The notes: generated by a model not told the origin, from the letters alone. Positions 11,499 to 22,179 are shown, numbered from the stretch's first letter. The stretch is 64,000 bases of DNA from an uncultured Acidobacteriota bacterium (GCA_963720925.1 CAVRHE010000001.1:10686-74685); one strand, 5' to 3'. Program-made: numbers and translations.

Positions 11499-13157
11499 AT
11501 GCCACTTCGGGTCGCCGGGGCTCAACTGAATCTCTGTGTCGGCGACATTCCGGGCAACGAGCGGCGCATTGCCGAGGCCATGGTGTGGGCCGAGGGAGCG
11601 AATGCCGACGTCCTGCTCGTCCCTGAGTTGGCGATCAACGGCTACCCGCCCGAGGATCTGGTGCTTCGCGACGATTTCGTGTCGGCGGGCATCGATTCCG
11701 TCCGTCGACTCGCTTCACGGGCGGGATCGACGGCGGTGGTTGTCGGCTTCGTCGACCGATCTGATGGCCCGTCACGGGGTGCCGTCGACGCCGAAGACCG
11801 TCGCGTAGCAAATGCCGCCGCCGTTCTTCACGACGGCGAGATCGTCGGCATCTATCACAAAGTGCTCCTCCCCAATTACGGCGTTTTCGACGAGGACCGC
11901 TATTTCGCGGTCGGCCAGGACCCAGATCGGGTGTGGGAGGTGGGGGGGACCCAGGTAGGGGTGTCGATCTGCGAGGACATCTGGCTCCCCGATGGCCCTC
12001 CGCGGGATCAGGCCGCAGCCGGTGCCAAGGTCCTGCTCAACATCAATGCCTCCCCGTTCCACAAGGGCAAGGCCAGAGAGCGCGAGGCGATGATCGTCGA
12101 CCGCGCCCGCGCCGCGGGGGCGGCGGTGGTCTATCTCAACCTGGTCGGAGGCCAGGACGAGCTCGTTTTCGATGGGTGCTCGCTGGTGATAGGACCAGAC
12201 GGCACGATCGTCCACCGCTCTCCCCAGTTCGAGGAGGACATGTTCGTCGTCGATGTGCCGCTGCCCGGGGAGGCAGTGGTGGTGGGCTCGGTGACGGACC
12301 ATTTGGAGCCCGTCGAAGAGGTATACCGGGCGTTGGAAACGGGTTTGGGCGATTACGTCAGGAAAAACGGCTTCGAGCAGGTGGTGATCGGTCTGTCCGG
12401 CGGCATCGACTCGGCTCTGACCGCGGCCATCGCAACCGACGCCCTCGGGCCTGATTCTGTTTGGGGCGTCGCCATGCCCTCTCGTTTCTCCTCCGCTCAC
12501 TCCATCGAGGACGCACGGCAGCTGGCGGACAATCTGGGGCTGCGTTTCGACCTCCTTCCGATCGACGATGTGTTCGGGGCTTTTCTCGATGCTCTTGCCC
12601 CGGTGTTCGCAGAAACGGAGTTCGGCACGAGCGAGGAGAACCTCCAGGCCCGGACCCGGGGGGCGATGCTGATGGCAATCTCCAACAAACATGGCCCGAT
12701 GGTGGTGGCCACGGGGAACAAGTCGGAGATGGCTGTCGGGTACGCCACCATCTACGGGGACATGGTCGGGGGTTATGCGGTCCTCAAGGACGTGTTCAAA
12801 TCCCTGGTCTACGACCTGGCCCGATGGCGGAACAAGTATGGGGATGTGATCCCCCAGAACACCATCGACAAGCCGCCATCGGCCGAATTGCGACCGGACC
12901 AGAAGGATTCGGACAGCCTTCCACCATACGAGCTCCTCGATGAGATCCTCTCCCTCTACATCGAGTCGGACCTGGGTGTCTCGGCCATCGTGGGGAGGGG
13001 CTTCGAGCCCGAGCTGGTGGCGCGGGTGGCGGCGATGATCGACCGCAATGAATACAAGCGACGTCAGGCCGCCCCGGGGGTCAAGATCACGGTCAAGGCT
13101 TTCGGCAAGGACCGTCGGCTCCCGATCACGAATAGACACAAGCCCCGATCCCCGTGA
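11499..13157 (+). CDS. nadE: Glutamine-dependent NAD+ synthetase
   Basis: Nitrilase domain (PEL, YHK, ICEDIW) plus GLSGGIDSA, ENLQAR, TGNKSE, PPSAELRPDQKD. Confidence 0.95.
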   Translation: MPLRVAGAQLNLCVGDIPGNERRIAEAMVWAEGANADVLLVPELAINGYPPEDLVLRDDFVSAGIDSVRRLASRAGSTAVVVGFVDRSDGPSRGAVDAEDRRVANAAAVLHDGEIVGIYHKVLLPNYGVFDEDRYFAVGQDPDRVWEVGGTQVGVSICEDIWLPDGPPRDQAAAGAKVLLNINASPFHKGKAREREAMIVDRARAAGAAVVYLNLVGGQDELVFDGCSLVIGPDGTIVHRSPQFEEDMFVVDVPLPGEAVVVGSVTDHLEPVEEVYRALETGLGDYVRKNGFEQVVIGLSGGIDSALTAAIATDALGPDSVWGVAMPSRFSSAHSIEDARQLADNLGLRFDLLPIDDVFGAFLDALAPVFAETEFGTSEENLQARTRGAMLMAISNKHGPMVVATGNKSEMAVGYATIYGDMVGGYAVLKDVFKSLVYDLARWRNKYGDVIPQNTIDKPPSAELRPDQKDSDSLPPYELLDEILSLYIESDLGVSAIVGRGFEPELVARVAAMIDRNEYKRRQAAPGVKITVKAFGKDRRLPITNRHKPRSP

Positions 13158-13167
13158 CGCGGCGCCG

Positions 13168-13974
13168 ATGATGCTCCGAGTGCTGGTCAACGGTGTCGAA
13201 GCAGACGGTGTCGTGCCCGTCACCGACTCTTCAGTGCTCCGCGGCGATGGTTGCTTCGAGGTGATCAGGTCGTACTCAGGCCGGCCCTTCACCCTGCACG
13301 AACATCTCTCTCGACTCGAAGCGAGTGCCAAGGCCCTCGACATCCCGTTGCCCGGCCGTGACGACTTAGGCCGGTGGATCGAGCAGGTAGCCGCGTCGTG
13401 CGGCGACTGCGTCGTCCGGGTCGTCGTGACCAGGGGCTCGGCCGTGCCCGGGACAGACGGAGAACCGATCGTGATCGTGTTCGGACATCCCACGGGCAAG
13501 CCTGAAGGGCCGGCGACGCTGTTGCCTGTCTCGGCGCCCTGGCACGCGGCAGGCGTGGACTGGGAGCTGGCCGGCGCGAAGGTTCTCTCTTATGCCCCCA
13601 ACATGGCGGCCACCCGGCGCGCGGTCGCCGAGGGATTCGGCGACGCCCTGCTCATCACGCCCGAGGGTGTGATCCTCGAAGGCCCGACCTTCGCCGTGGC
13701 ATGGGTTGTCGACGGCGTCCTGGAGACGCCGGCTCTCGACCTTGGGATTCTCGACTCGATCACTCGCAGGGTGATGCTGGAGATGGCGTCGGAGCTCGGG
13801 TTCGAGGTCGTCGAAGGGACCTGGGATCTGGGACGTCTCGACAAAGCCGAAGAGGCCATGGCCCTATCCACGGTCCGTGAGATCCAACCGGTATCCGCTA
13901 TCGGGCGGCGTCGATTCCACGAAGGGCCGGTCACCGCCGACCTGGCCCGTCTCTTCTATCAGCGCGCTTCCTGA
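13168..13974 (+). CDS. Class IV PLP aminotransferase / 4-amino-4-deoxychorismate lyase-like
   Basis: RGDGCFE, HLSRL, AKVLSY, EGPT, ILDSITR. Confidence 0.85.
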   Translation: MMLRVLVNGVEADGVVPVTDSSVLRGDGCFEVIRSYSGRPFTLHEHLSRLEASAKALDIPLPGRDDLGRWIEQVAASCGDCVVRVVVTRGSAVPGTDGEPIVIVFGHPTGKPEGPATLLPVSAPWHAAGVDWELAGAKVLSYAPNMAATRRAVAEGFGDALLITPEGVILEGPTFAVAWVVDGVLETPALDLGILDSITRRVMLEMASELGFEVVEGTWDLGRLDKAEEAMALSTVREIQPVSAIGRRRFHEGPVTADLARLFYQRAS

Positions 13975-15396
13975 AGCGGTGGCGGGCAGGGGTCGGGATT
14001 CCGCCCCTGGGTCCACGAGAACAGGCGGATGACGGTCTCGGCCCTGCTGAGGAGGCGGTCATCGTCGAGGGGTGGGTTGCAGGCGTCACGGGCGCCGATC
14101 TGCCGCAGCTTGGCCTCGGCCTCGTCGACCGTGGGTAGCGAAACGGCGGGCACACCTTCGGCCCCGTCGGCCTGCGGCCGCAAGGTCGCCACCAGAGCAT
14201 CGATCCGGATCCACATGGCGAGACGGGCGATCTCGGTTTCAGGCAGACCGTAGAGGAGGCAGGGGTCTTGGGGTGGGCAGGCCGAAACGCCGTCCATGGG
14301 ACGGTATTGGCCCTCGATCTCCGGAAGGGTCTTGCCGGCGATATGCCCGGCCACGACCGCGGCTAGTTCCGGCTCGGCGATGCGGTCCGGGCAGAAATCG
14401 ACGCGGGTTCCATCACAATCGAGCAGGAGCCCTTGCGTGAGCAAGAGGGCGGCGATGGCCTCAGCGGGAGTGCCGTCGTCATCGGCATAGGGCCAGGACG
14501 GCTGAGGGTCGGCGAGCACCACCGCACTTTGTGCCGCGAGCAGGCTCGGACGGGGGTCAACGGCGAGGCCCTCCGGGTTGTGCAACTCGAAATGGAGGTG
14601 GGGAACCGTGCCTTCGGCATTTCCCGAATCGCCAACCCAGCCGATCACCTCTCCCCGGGCGACGGCGGATCCCTCGACGAGATCGGTCCGCAAACCGATG
14701 CCCAGACCGTCGTCGGTGCCGTGCTGATCGTTGTTCAAGTGGATGTAATAGGACTGCCAGCCATCGGTGTGCTCGACGATGGTCCAGCAGCAATTGGCCG
14801 TCCCGCGCTCCTGGGCAACCCGGGTGATCACGCCATCTGATACGGCCACGACGGGAGTGAGCCGTGGAGCCGCGATGTCGTTGCCCTCGTGCTTGCGGGC
14901 GCCGCCGTCGCGATCCGCGCCGAAAGGCGAGCCGATGTGGCCCACTCCGGAGAGGGGCCAGGCCATGTCGTAGACGAAGGGCTCACAAGGGGGCGGGGCC
15001 GGTTGGGTAGTGGTGCTTCCAGGCAGCGATGTGGTGGATGACGCCGGGGACGTCGTCGTGGTTGGTGAAGAAGTGGTGGTGCTCGCCGGCTGAGTGGTAG
15101 TGGTCTCGTTTGGAGTCAGAGGTGCTGGTCGTTTCCTCGGCCTCCGTCGTCGTCGTTGTCGAGGAAGGCGTGGTCGTGCTGGTCTCCGGAGGGCGGGTCG
15201 TGGTCGGCCCGGTTGTGGTGGGCTTGGGGGGGAGAGTCGTCGGCGGTGGCAGTGTGGTCGGTGGGAACAAGATCTCCATCGTCACCGGAGGGCACATCTC
15301 GGCGGCGGTGACCGACTGGGCCGGCGTGCTCACGAAGTAGAGCCCTGCGATCAGGGCGAACGCGACCAACAAGGCGGCAATCCGTCTGCCGAACAT
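13959..15396 (-). CDS. Secreted M23 metallopeptidase with Thr/Pro-rich linker (frameshift near ~15100)
   Basis: Signal peptide and T-rich linker (ORF 14983..15396); HEGND and HLHFE zinc motifs (ORF 13959..14966). Confidence 0.8.
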
Positions 15397-15461
15397 CGAT
15401 ACGACCTTACATGCGGGGACCCGGTTTGGAACCAGGAGCGACGCGGGTACGTTTGTACGCC

Positions 15462-15983
15462 ATGATGTCCTCCAGAGCGCTCCGTTTCAGCCTGTCCGGG
15501 CTTCTGATTCTGACGCTGGCGGCCTGTGACGACGGCGAGACCACGGATCTCAGCACCACGTCGTCTCTCGTTTCCAGCCCGACGACGGCCGGTGAGGTGG
15601 CCACGACGACAACGGTGGCGCCGGGGGGCGACACCACGTCGACCACACTCGTAGGTGAGCCGGTCGCGAACTACGAAGTCGTCGCCCGAGTGTCAGAGCC
15701 GGCAGGGGAGACGCTCTTCATCGTCATCCCTGAAGGGGCGTATACCGACGTCGACATCGAGAACTTCGTCGTGGGGCTTGTCGACAGTGGCGAGATCACG
15801 TACGGCGCCGAGGTCTTCAACCATCCAGGTGCCGTCGACGCATACCGGAAGCCTGAGGCGGAGCGAACCGAAGGCGAGACCCAGCTCATCGATCAGCACC
15901 ATCTCGCCAGCGTTCAGAACGGGACCACCGTCGTTTTCCGGGGCCCATTCGCCGACTCAGGCGAGTTCGTCATCGGGAGCTGA
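15462..15983 (+). CDS. Hypothetical lipoprotein
   Basis: Lipobox LAAC, Thr-rich linker, globular C-terminus. Confidence 0.7.
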   Translation: MMSSRALRFSLSGLLILTLAACDDGETTDLSTTSSLVSSPTTAGEVATTTTVAPGGDTTSTTLVGEPVANYEVVARVSEPAGETLFIVIPEGAYTDVDIENFVVGLVDSGEITYGAEVFNHPGAVDAYRKPEAERTEGETQLIDQHHLASVQNGTTVVFRGPFADSGEFVIGS

Positions 15984-16070
15984 GCGACGGCCGCGACGCG
16001 GCGGTGGGCGGGCTGCCGCTCCACGGCGAGCGGATCCGTCTGACAGGTGTCCACGGCAAGAGGGACCGTC

Positions 16071-17480
16071 CTACAACAGGGCCGCGGCGACCAGCAGGAA
16101 TCCGCCGAAGCCGACCGCGTCGGTGATCATCGTGAGCAGGATCGACGACGCCAGGGCCGGGTCGAGGCCGATACGACGCAGGATGAGGGGGATGGCGGAT
16201 CCTGCCAGAGTGGCGATGAGCAGGTTGGCCATGCAGGCGATGGCGATCACCACTGCGACCGTGGTCGGGTCTGAGGTGCTCACGAAGACTCCGGAATCGA
16301 CCAGGACGTAGGTGACGCCGGCGGCGGCTACCGCGAGGAGGAGGCCGTTGAGGAACCCCACTCCGGCCTGTCGAAGCAGGATCGACGTCACCTGCGCCCT
16401 CGGCACCTCGTCGGAGGCCAGAGAGCGGATCATCACCGCCAGACTCTGATTACCACCGTTTCCGCCCAGTGTGGCCACGATTGGCATCAGGGCGGCGAGC
16501 ACGGGCTGGCTCGAGATGATGCTGGTCTGCTGCTCGATGACCCAGGCCACAAAAGTGGCCAGGATCAGATTGAGAATGAGCCACGGGGCCCGGGAGCGAA
16601 ACGACTTGGTGACGTCGGTGTAGACCGTCTCTCCGAGACCTGCGCCGACCGCGGCGGCGAAATCTTCGGTCGCCTCGTCCTGGATCGCCTCGATGACGGC
16701 ATCGGTCGTGACCACTCCGATAAGTCGTCCCTGCTCGTCGACCACGGGGATTCCGAAGAGGCGATACCTCTGGGCCAGCTCGGCAACCTCTTCCCTGTCG
16801 GTCATCGCCTCGACGGAGATCGGGTCGCGGACCATCACCTCGTCGAGGCTCGCCCCGGGACGAGCGAACACCAGGTCTCGGAAGAAGATGACCCCCCTCA
16901 GCTTCTGGTCATCGTCGACCACGTATACGTAGGAGAAGTCCTCGTACTGCTCGTGTAGCTGCCGGATCCTCTCGATTGCCTCGCCTGCGGTGAGGCCGAG
17001 GGGCAGTGCGGCGATCTCGGTGGTCATGAGACCACCGGCGGTATCCGACGGGTACTCGAGGAGGCGGCGAATCTCCTGCTCCGACTCGTCGTCGAGCATC
17101 GCGAGCACACTCTCCGTGACCTCGTCGTCGAGCTCGTACAACAGGTCGGCCGCGGCCTCGCCAGTCATCTCTCCGACTGCGGCGGTGAGGTCCTCGATCG
17201 GGACGTCCTCCACCAGCTCTGCGGCCAGCTCTGGGGCGATCTGCTCCAGGATGTCGGCGACGTCTTGCGGCTCCAGCTCGGCCAGAAGACCTGCCGCATT
17301 CTCCTCGGTCAACTGCTCGAGGACGTCGGCGGCGTCACCGGGAGCAGCTTCGGCAAGCGCCTCCCACTCCTCGCCGTGGGTCTCGAGATAGTCGGCGACT
17401 TCCTCGTGGTCGCGGCGCGCGGCAGCCAGGAGATCCCTGGCAAGCTGCCGCGGCCTTCTGAGTCTGAGTCTCACCGGCAC
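16071..17480 (-). CDS. mgtE: Magnesium transporter MgtE
   Basis: Acidic N-domain, TAGGLMT, CBS pair, GGNGGNQ, LGLDPALAS..TMITD. Confidence 0.93.
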   Translation of the reverse strand: MPVRLRLRRPRQLARDLLAAARRDHEEVADYLETHGEEWEALAEAAPGDAADVLEQLTEENAAGLLAELEPQDVADILEQIAPELAAELVEDVPIEDLTAAVGEMTGEAAADLLYELDDEVTESVLAMLDDESEQEIRRLLEYPSDTAGGLMTTEIAALPLGLTAGEAIERIRQLHEQYEDFSYVYVVDDDQKLRGVIFFRDLVFARPGASLDEVMVRDPISVEAMTDREEVAELAQRYRLFGIPVVDEQGRLIGVVTTDAVIEAIQDEATEDFAAAVGAGLGETVYTDVTKSFRSRAPWLILNLILATFVAWVIEQQTSIISSQPVLAALMPIVATLGGNGGNQSLAVMIRSLASDEVPRAQVTSILLRQAGVGFLNGLLLAVAAAGVTYVLVDSGVFVSTSDPTTVAVVIAIACMANLLIATLAGSAIPLILRRIGLDPALASSILLTMITDAVGFGGFLLVAAALL

Positions 17481-17510
17481 CCCTCGAACGGCGAACCGGC
17501 CTGAGGGTAA

Positions 17511-17987
17511 CTATCCCTCGTAGGGGCGGACTGCCTTGATGGTGACAGAGAAGGTGCCGGCTGGGGCCTCATAGGAGACCTCGTCCCCGATAGAAGCTCC
17601 GAGCATGGCGCCACCCAATGGGCTGGTCGGCGATGCCAGGAGCAAACCGGGCACCTTGTTCTCCTGGGGGGCGACGAAGTAGTCGAGCTCGTCCCCGTCG
17701 GAGTCGACAACGGTGACGACACTTCCGACCTCGACCCGCCCGGTATCGGTCACCTCCCTCACCTCTGCGGTGTTGAGCAGGTGCTCGAGCTTGCGGATCC
17801 GTGCCTCCATCAGACCCTGGTCGTTCTTGGCCGCGTCGTAGTCGGCGTTTTCTCTGAGATCTCCGTGGGAGCGGGCCTCGGCGATTCGCTCCTCGATCTC
17901 ACGGCGCCCGTCGGTTTTCAGTTGGTCCAGCTCCTCGGCCACCTTCCGGTGGGCAGCGGGCGTGAGAAAGGTCGGTTCTACGGACAT
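17511..17987 (-). CDS. greA: Transcription elongation factor GreA
   Basis: ARSHGDLRENADYDAAK, SPLG, YEAPAG. Confidence 0.95.
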   Translation of the reverse strand: MSVEPTFLTPAAHRKVAEELDQLKTDGRREIEERIAEARSHGDLRENADYDAAKNDQGLMEARIRKLEHLLNTAEVREVTDTGRVEVGSVVTVVDSDGDELDYFVAPQENKVPGLLLASPTSPLGGAMLGASIGDEVSYEAPAGTFSVTIKAVRPYEG

Positions 17988-18073
17988 GGGCTGGCGAAGG
18001 CTAATTCGGCCGTTATCGCTACCCGTAGACGGGCCCGTGGGGCAATCGATGACCCAGGGCTATCTTCTCTCGG

Positions 18074-19099
18074 GTGACGGACGTGCGCATGACCGAGTAT
18101 TCCCATGGCGCGGGCTGCGCTTGCAAGCTCGGGCCTGAGGAGTTGGCCGTTGTCATGGCGACCGTCAACGGGCACATGGCCAGCGCACATCCCGACCTGT
18201 TGGTGGGACCGTCGTCCTCGGACGACGCGGGGGTTTTCGACATCGGTGACGGGCGGGCCCTGGTTCAGACCGTCGACATCTTCACCCCGGTCGTCGATGC
18301 GCCATCGGACTGGGGTCGGATCGCGGCCGCCAACGCTCTGAGCGACGTGTATGCCATGGGTGGGACACCTCTCACCGCATTGCAATACCTGGCCTGGCCG
18401 CGGGACACGCTCGATCTGAGCGTGGCGGCCGAAGTCGTGTCGGGTGGCTTGGACATGATGGCGAAGGCGGAATGCACGGTGGTGGGAGGGCACTCGATCG
18501 ACAGCCCCGAGCCGACATACGGGTTCGCCGTGACCGGGATGGTCGGATCGGACTCGTATTTCCCGAACTCCGGCGCCGTCCCCGGCGACGCCCTGATCCT
18601 GACCAAGCCATTGGGAATCGGCATCATCACCACAGCCATCAAGCGCGGGAAATGCCCCTCGGAGTTGGCCAGGATCGCCATCGAGTCGATGGCCACTCTC
18701 AATGACGTCGCCGGCAGCGCCCTGACCCGCACCTCGGCACATGCTGCGACGGATGTAACCGGCTTTGGACTGCTTGGCCATCTAAAGGAGATGTGTCTCG
18801 CCTCGAATGCGTCGGCGACGGTTTCGCTGAATCGCGTGCCGGTCTTCGAAGGAGTGAGAGATCTGCTCGACCAGGGGATGTGGGCCGGCGGGTCGGCGCG
18901 GAACTTGAAGGCGATCCTCGACTTCGTGGAGTCGGAGGTCGACGAGGATGACCTGAAGCTGCTGGCGGACGCCCAGACCTCCGGCGGGCTCCTCGTCGCC
19001 CTGTCCTCTGAGTCGGCAGACGAATACCAGCGATTGGTGCCCGGATCGGCCGTGATCGGGCGGGTCACCACAGGGACCGGGATCACGGTGACCCCGTGA
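18074..19099 (+). CDS. selD: Selenide, water dikinase (selenophosphate synthetase), Cys-type
   Basis: HGAGCACK, DDAGV, QTVDIFTP, AANALSDVYAMGG, TDVTGFGLLGH, DAQTSGGLL. Confidence 0.95.
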   Translation: MTDVRMTEYSHGAGCACKLGPEELAVVMATVNGHMASAHPDLLVGPSSSDDAGVFDIGDGRALVQTVDIFTPVVDAPSDWGRIAAANALSDVYAMGGTPLTALQYLAWPRDTLDLSVAAEVVSGGLDMMAKAECTVVGGHSIDSPEPTYGFAVTGMVGSDSYFPNSGAVPGDALILTKPLGIGIITTAIKRGKCPSELARIAIESMATLNDVAGSALTRTSAHAATDVTGFGLLGHLKEMCLASNASATVSLNRVPVFEGVRDLLDQGMWAGGSARNLKAILDFVESEVDEDDLKLLADAQTSGGLLVALSSESADEYQRLVPGSAVIGRVTTGTGITVTP

Positions 19100-19521
19100 A
19101 CGACCGAGAACGACTCGCTGCGATCTCCGAGGCTCTGTCCATTCCACGAGTGGAGCGCCACATCTTTCTCTGCGCCGATCAGACAACTCCCAAATGCGCC
19201 CCACGGGAGGTCACCCACGCTCTTTGGAGCCACCTCAAGACAAGGCTCAAGGACCTGGGCCTGGCCTCGGCGCCGCCACCCTGGTCGGGCAAGCCCGACG
19301 AAGAGGCCACCGCGGTCGAACGGGGTGACGGGTCGGTCCTGAGGAGCAAGGTCGACTGCCTCCGTATCTGCGAGCAGGGGGCGATTTGTGTGGTCTATCC
19401 CGAGGGGACCTGGTACGCCGCGCTCACGGAAGAGTCACTGGACCGGATAATCGATGAGCACCTGATGGCGGGAAGGCCGGTCGAGGAACTGGTTTTTGCC
19501 GTGAGCGGGAGCGCGGTATGA
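19096..19521 (+). CDS. Thioredoxin-like [2Fe-2S] ferredoxin
   Basis: RHIFLCADQTTPKC...DCLRIC..VVYPEGTWY; GTGA overlap with selD. Confidence 0.85.
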   Translation: MNDRERLAAISEALSIPRVERHIFLCADQTTPKCAPREVTHALWSHLKTRLKDLGLASAPPPWSGKPDEEATAVERGDGSVLRSKVDCLRICEQGAICVVYPEGTWYAALTEESLDRIIDEHLMAGRPVEELVFAVSGSAV

Positions 19522-20417
19522 AGAAGTTACGGGGACTGATCGCGGCGCTGATCCTTTGGCGGGCCTTCGCCCCCACCATCAGCCCTCGTTTCCCCCCGCC
19601 GCAGGAGCATCCGTGGCGAACTGCAGGACGGACCGTGTTCGTAGGAGACCAGGAGTTCGTGGTGCGAGAAGCTGGTCCCGACGGGGCGCCCATGCTCCTG
19701 CTCATCCATGGGTTGGCCGGCTCGTCGCTCGCCGAGTGGTACCGGATCGGGCCCGGTCTGGCCGAGAAGTATCGGGTGATCATGGTCGACCATCGCAGCC
19801 ATGGCCTCGCCCCTCTGGCCCGGGACCGATTCGAGGTCGAGGATCTCGCAGACGACATGGCCGGGGTCCTCGATGCGCTGGGCATAGGCCAGCTGTCGGT
19901 GGTCGGGTATTCGATGGGTGGTGCCATCGCTCAGGCCTTCGCCCGTCGTCATCCTCACCGGGTCGATCGTCTCACGCTCATCGCCACCTTCTCCCACCAC
20001 CCCCAGCCACATCGGGCATTGCGGGCCATCGGTGCAGTGCTCGCCCGTGGTTGGGAACGGCTCACGGGTTTGGGGACCCCCGAGGTCCGGTCGTTCTATC
20101 TCCGCTGGACCGGGGCCGTCGAAGAGCGTCATGCCCGCTGGCTGTGGGAGGAGACCCATCGACGCGATGTCGACGCCGGCGCCCAGGCGACGCTGGCTCT
20201 CCTCCGATTCGACTCGCGCCCCTGGATCGCCAAGATCGAGGCGGAGACCCTGGTAGTGATCCCGACGTTGGACGAGTTGGTCCCCCCTGCCTGGCAATAC
20301 GAGCTGGCGGCATCGCTGCCTAATGCGACCGTCGTCGAGCTGCCCGGGGTCCGACACGAGGCCCCTTGGACCCATCCCGACCGCGTCGTGGAAGTGATCT
20401 CGTCCTTTGTCGGCTGA
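19518..20417 (+). CDS. Alpha/beta-fold hydrolase
   Basis: LIHGL, DHRSHG, GYSMGG nucleophile elbow, C-terminal His; ATGA overlap. Confidence 0.85.
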   Translation: MKKLRGLIAALILWRAFAPTISPRFPPPQEHPWRTAGRTVFVGDQEFVVREAGPDGAPMLLLIHGLAGSSLAEWYRIGPGLAEKYRVIMVDHRSHGLAPLARDRFEVEDLADDMAGVLDALGIGQLSVVGYSMGGAIAQAFARRHPHRVDRLTLIATFSHHPQPHRALRAIGAVLARGWERLTGLGTPEVRSFYLRWTGAVEERHARWLWEETHRRDVDAGAQATLALLRFDSRPWIAKIEAETLVVIPTLDELVPPAWQYELAASLPNATVVELPGVRHEAPWTHPDRVVEVISSFVG

Positions 20418-22179
20418 GAGACGGCCGTCGGCCGGATCGCTGACCGACAGCCGTCTGTCCAATCTGGGCGCCAACCGGATCCTCGAAGGGTTCGAGGAAT
20501 ACGCCTCCCGATTCCGGACGATCAACCAGCGTGCCCCGCGTCGATTCGAAGAGCGGGATTGGCTCGGTATGCAGAGCGATGCCGTCGAGAGGCTCCGCCT
20601 GTACACCGTCGTGGTCGATCGGGTGATGGAGTCGGTGAGCCACTTGCTCGGGGCCAGGGCCGACGACCCTCTGGTGTGGGTGGCGGTGAAGGCGGTCTAT
20701 TCCGGCCTCATCTCGGATCGTCAGGATTGGGAGTTGGCGGAGACCTTCTACAACTCGGTCACTCGCCGTGTGTTCAGGACCGTCGGAGTTGCTGAGCACG
20801 TCGAATTCGTCGACTCCGATTTCGACAGCCCGCCCATCCCCTCCCGTGACCCTGTCTATCTCACCTTCGACCGCCGCGAGTCGACGTCCGGGCTGGTACG
20901 AGACATTCTCATCACCTTCGCGCACGCCGTGCCCTATTCGCGTCTCGATTCAGATGCGGAGGAAGTCGCGAGTCGGATCGACGCCAGGCTCAGCGAGCCC
21001 GGCGCCCTCGCCGCCGTGGGCAAGGCGGAGATAGTCCGCACTGTGTTCTACCGGGGCCAGTCCGCCTACATCGTCGGCTTGTTGTACGCCGGGTCACACC
21101 GGATCCCGCTGATCATCGCACTGAGCCATGGCGACAGCGGCATCTTCGTCGACGCAGTACTCCTCACCGAGGACGAGGCATCGATCGTTTTCAGTTTCAC
21201 TAGGTCCTATTTCCACGTCGACGTCGCGCGTCCCTATGACCTGGCCCGTTTTCTCCGGCGGCTCATGCCCCGGAAGCGCATCGCTGAGATCTACATCGCC
21301 GTCGGGCAGAACAAGCACGGGAAGACGGAGCTGTATCGCGATCTCCTGCGGCATCTGCGATCGACCGAGGAGCAGTTCGAGCTGGTGCCGGGGACCAAGG
21401 GTCTCGTGATGATCGTGTTCGGCATGCCGGGCCACGACGATGTCTTCAAGGTGATACGTGACACCTTCCCCCCGCCGAAGCGGACTACCCGACGGGGAGT
21501 CATGGGCAAGTACCGGCTGGTCTTTCAGCACGACCGGGCAGGAAGGCTGATGGACGTCCAGGATTTCCAGCATCTCGAGTTCCATCGCTCTCGGTTCTCC
21601 CCGGGTGTCCTCGACGAGCTCCTGTCGGACGCGGCTCGGACCGTCCGGCTCGAAGGTGATTCGGTGATCATCACCCATGTCTACGTCGAGCGCCGGGTTG
21701 TCCCTCTGGACATCTATGTCCGGGAGGCTGCTCGTCCGTCGGCCGTCGATGCCGTGGTCGACTTTGGCCAGTCGATCAAGGACATGGCCTCCACCAATAT
21801 CTTCCCCGGCGACCTGCTCCCCAAGAACTTCGGCGTGACCCGGCACGGCCGGGTCGTGTTCTATGACTACGACGAGCTGAGCGCTCTGACCGACATCAAT
21901 TTCCGAGAGTTGCCCGAGGCGCGTGACGAGTTCGAGGAGCTCGGCTCGGAGCCGTGGTTCCCGGTGGGGGACAACGATGTCTTCCCCGAGGAGCACCAGC
22001 GCTTCCTCGGGCTGGCACCCGATCTGCGTCAGGTCTTTTTCGAGCATCACGCCGACCTGTTCGGGATCGATGCCTGGCGCGCCATACAGGAGCGCATTCG
22101 ATCCGGCGAGCTGATCGAAGTCTTCCCCTACCGCCAGGCCGCACGTCTCCCACGGACTGGTGCATCCCGGGGGTGGTGA
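20407..22179 (+). CDS. aceK: Isocitrate dehydrogenase kinase/phosphatase
   Basis: FSFTRSYF, KHGKTELYR, PGTKGLVMIVF, HDRAGRL, NIFPGDLLPKNFGVTRHGRVVFYDYDE. Confidence 0.93.
   Translation: MSAERRPSAGSLTDSRLSNLGANRILEGFEEYASRFRTINQRAPRRFEERDWLGMQSDAVERLRLYTVVVDRVMESVSHLLGARADDPLVWVAVKAVYSGLISDRQDWELAETFYNSVTRRVFRTVGVAEHVEFVDSDFDSPPIPSRDPVYLTFDRRESTSGLVRDILITFAHAVPYSRLDSDAEEVASRIDARLSEPGALAAVGKAEIVRTVFYRGQSAYIVGLLYAGSHRIPLIIALSHGDSGIFVDAVLLTEDEASIVFSFTRSYFHVDVARPYDLARFLRRLMPRKRIAEIYIAVGQNKHGKTELYRDLLRHLRSTEEQFELVPGTKGLVMIVFGMPGHDDVFKVIRDTFPPPKRTTRRGVMGKYRLVFQHDRAGRLMDVQDFQHLEFHRSRFSPGVLDELLSDAARTVRLEGDSVIITHVYVERRVVPLDIYVREAARPSAVDAVVDFGQSIKDMASTNIFPGDLLPKNFGVTRHGRVVFYDYDELSALTDINFRELPEARDEFEELGSEPWFPVGDNDVFPEEHQRFLGLAPDLRQVFFEHHADLFGIDAWRAIQERIRSGELIEVFPYRQAARLPRTGASRGW

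Noticed and set aside
15020-15270. Short GTG/GTC-rich repeats here and at ~22360-22470 as a repeat array or CRISPR
   Set aside because: They encode Thr/Pro-rich linkers of secreted proteins and show no constant repeat-spacer period or cas genes.
18101-18130. Sec-containing SelD
   Set aside because: The motif reads GGC TGC GCT TGC AAG (GCACK), with Cys codons only.
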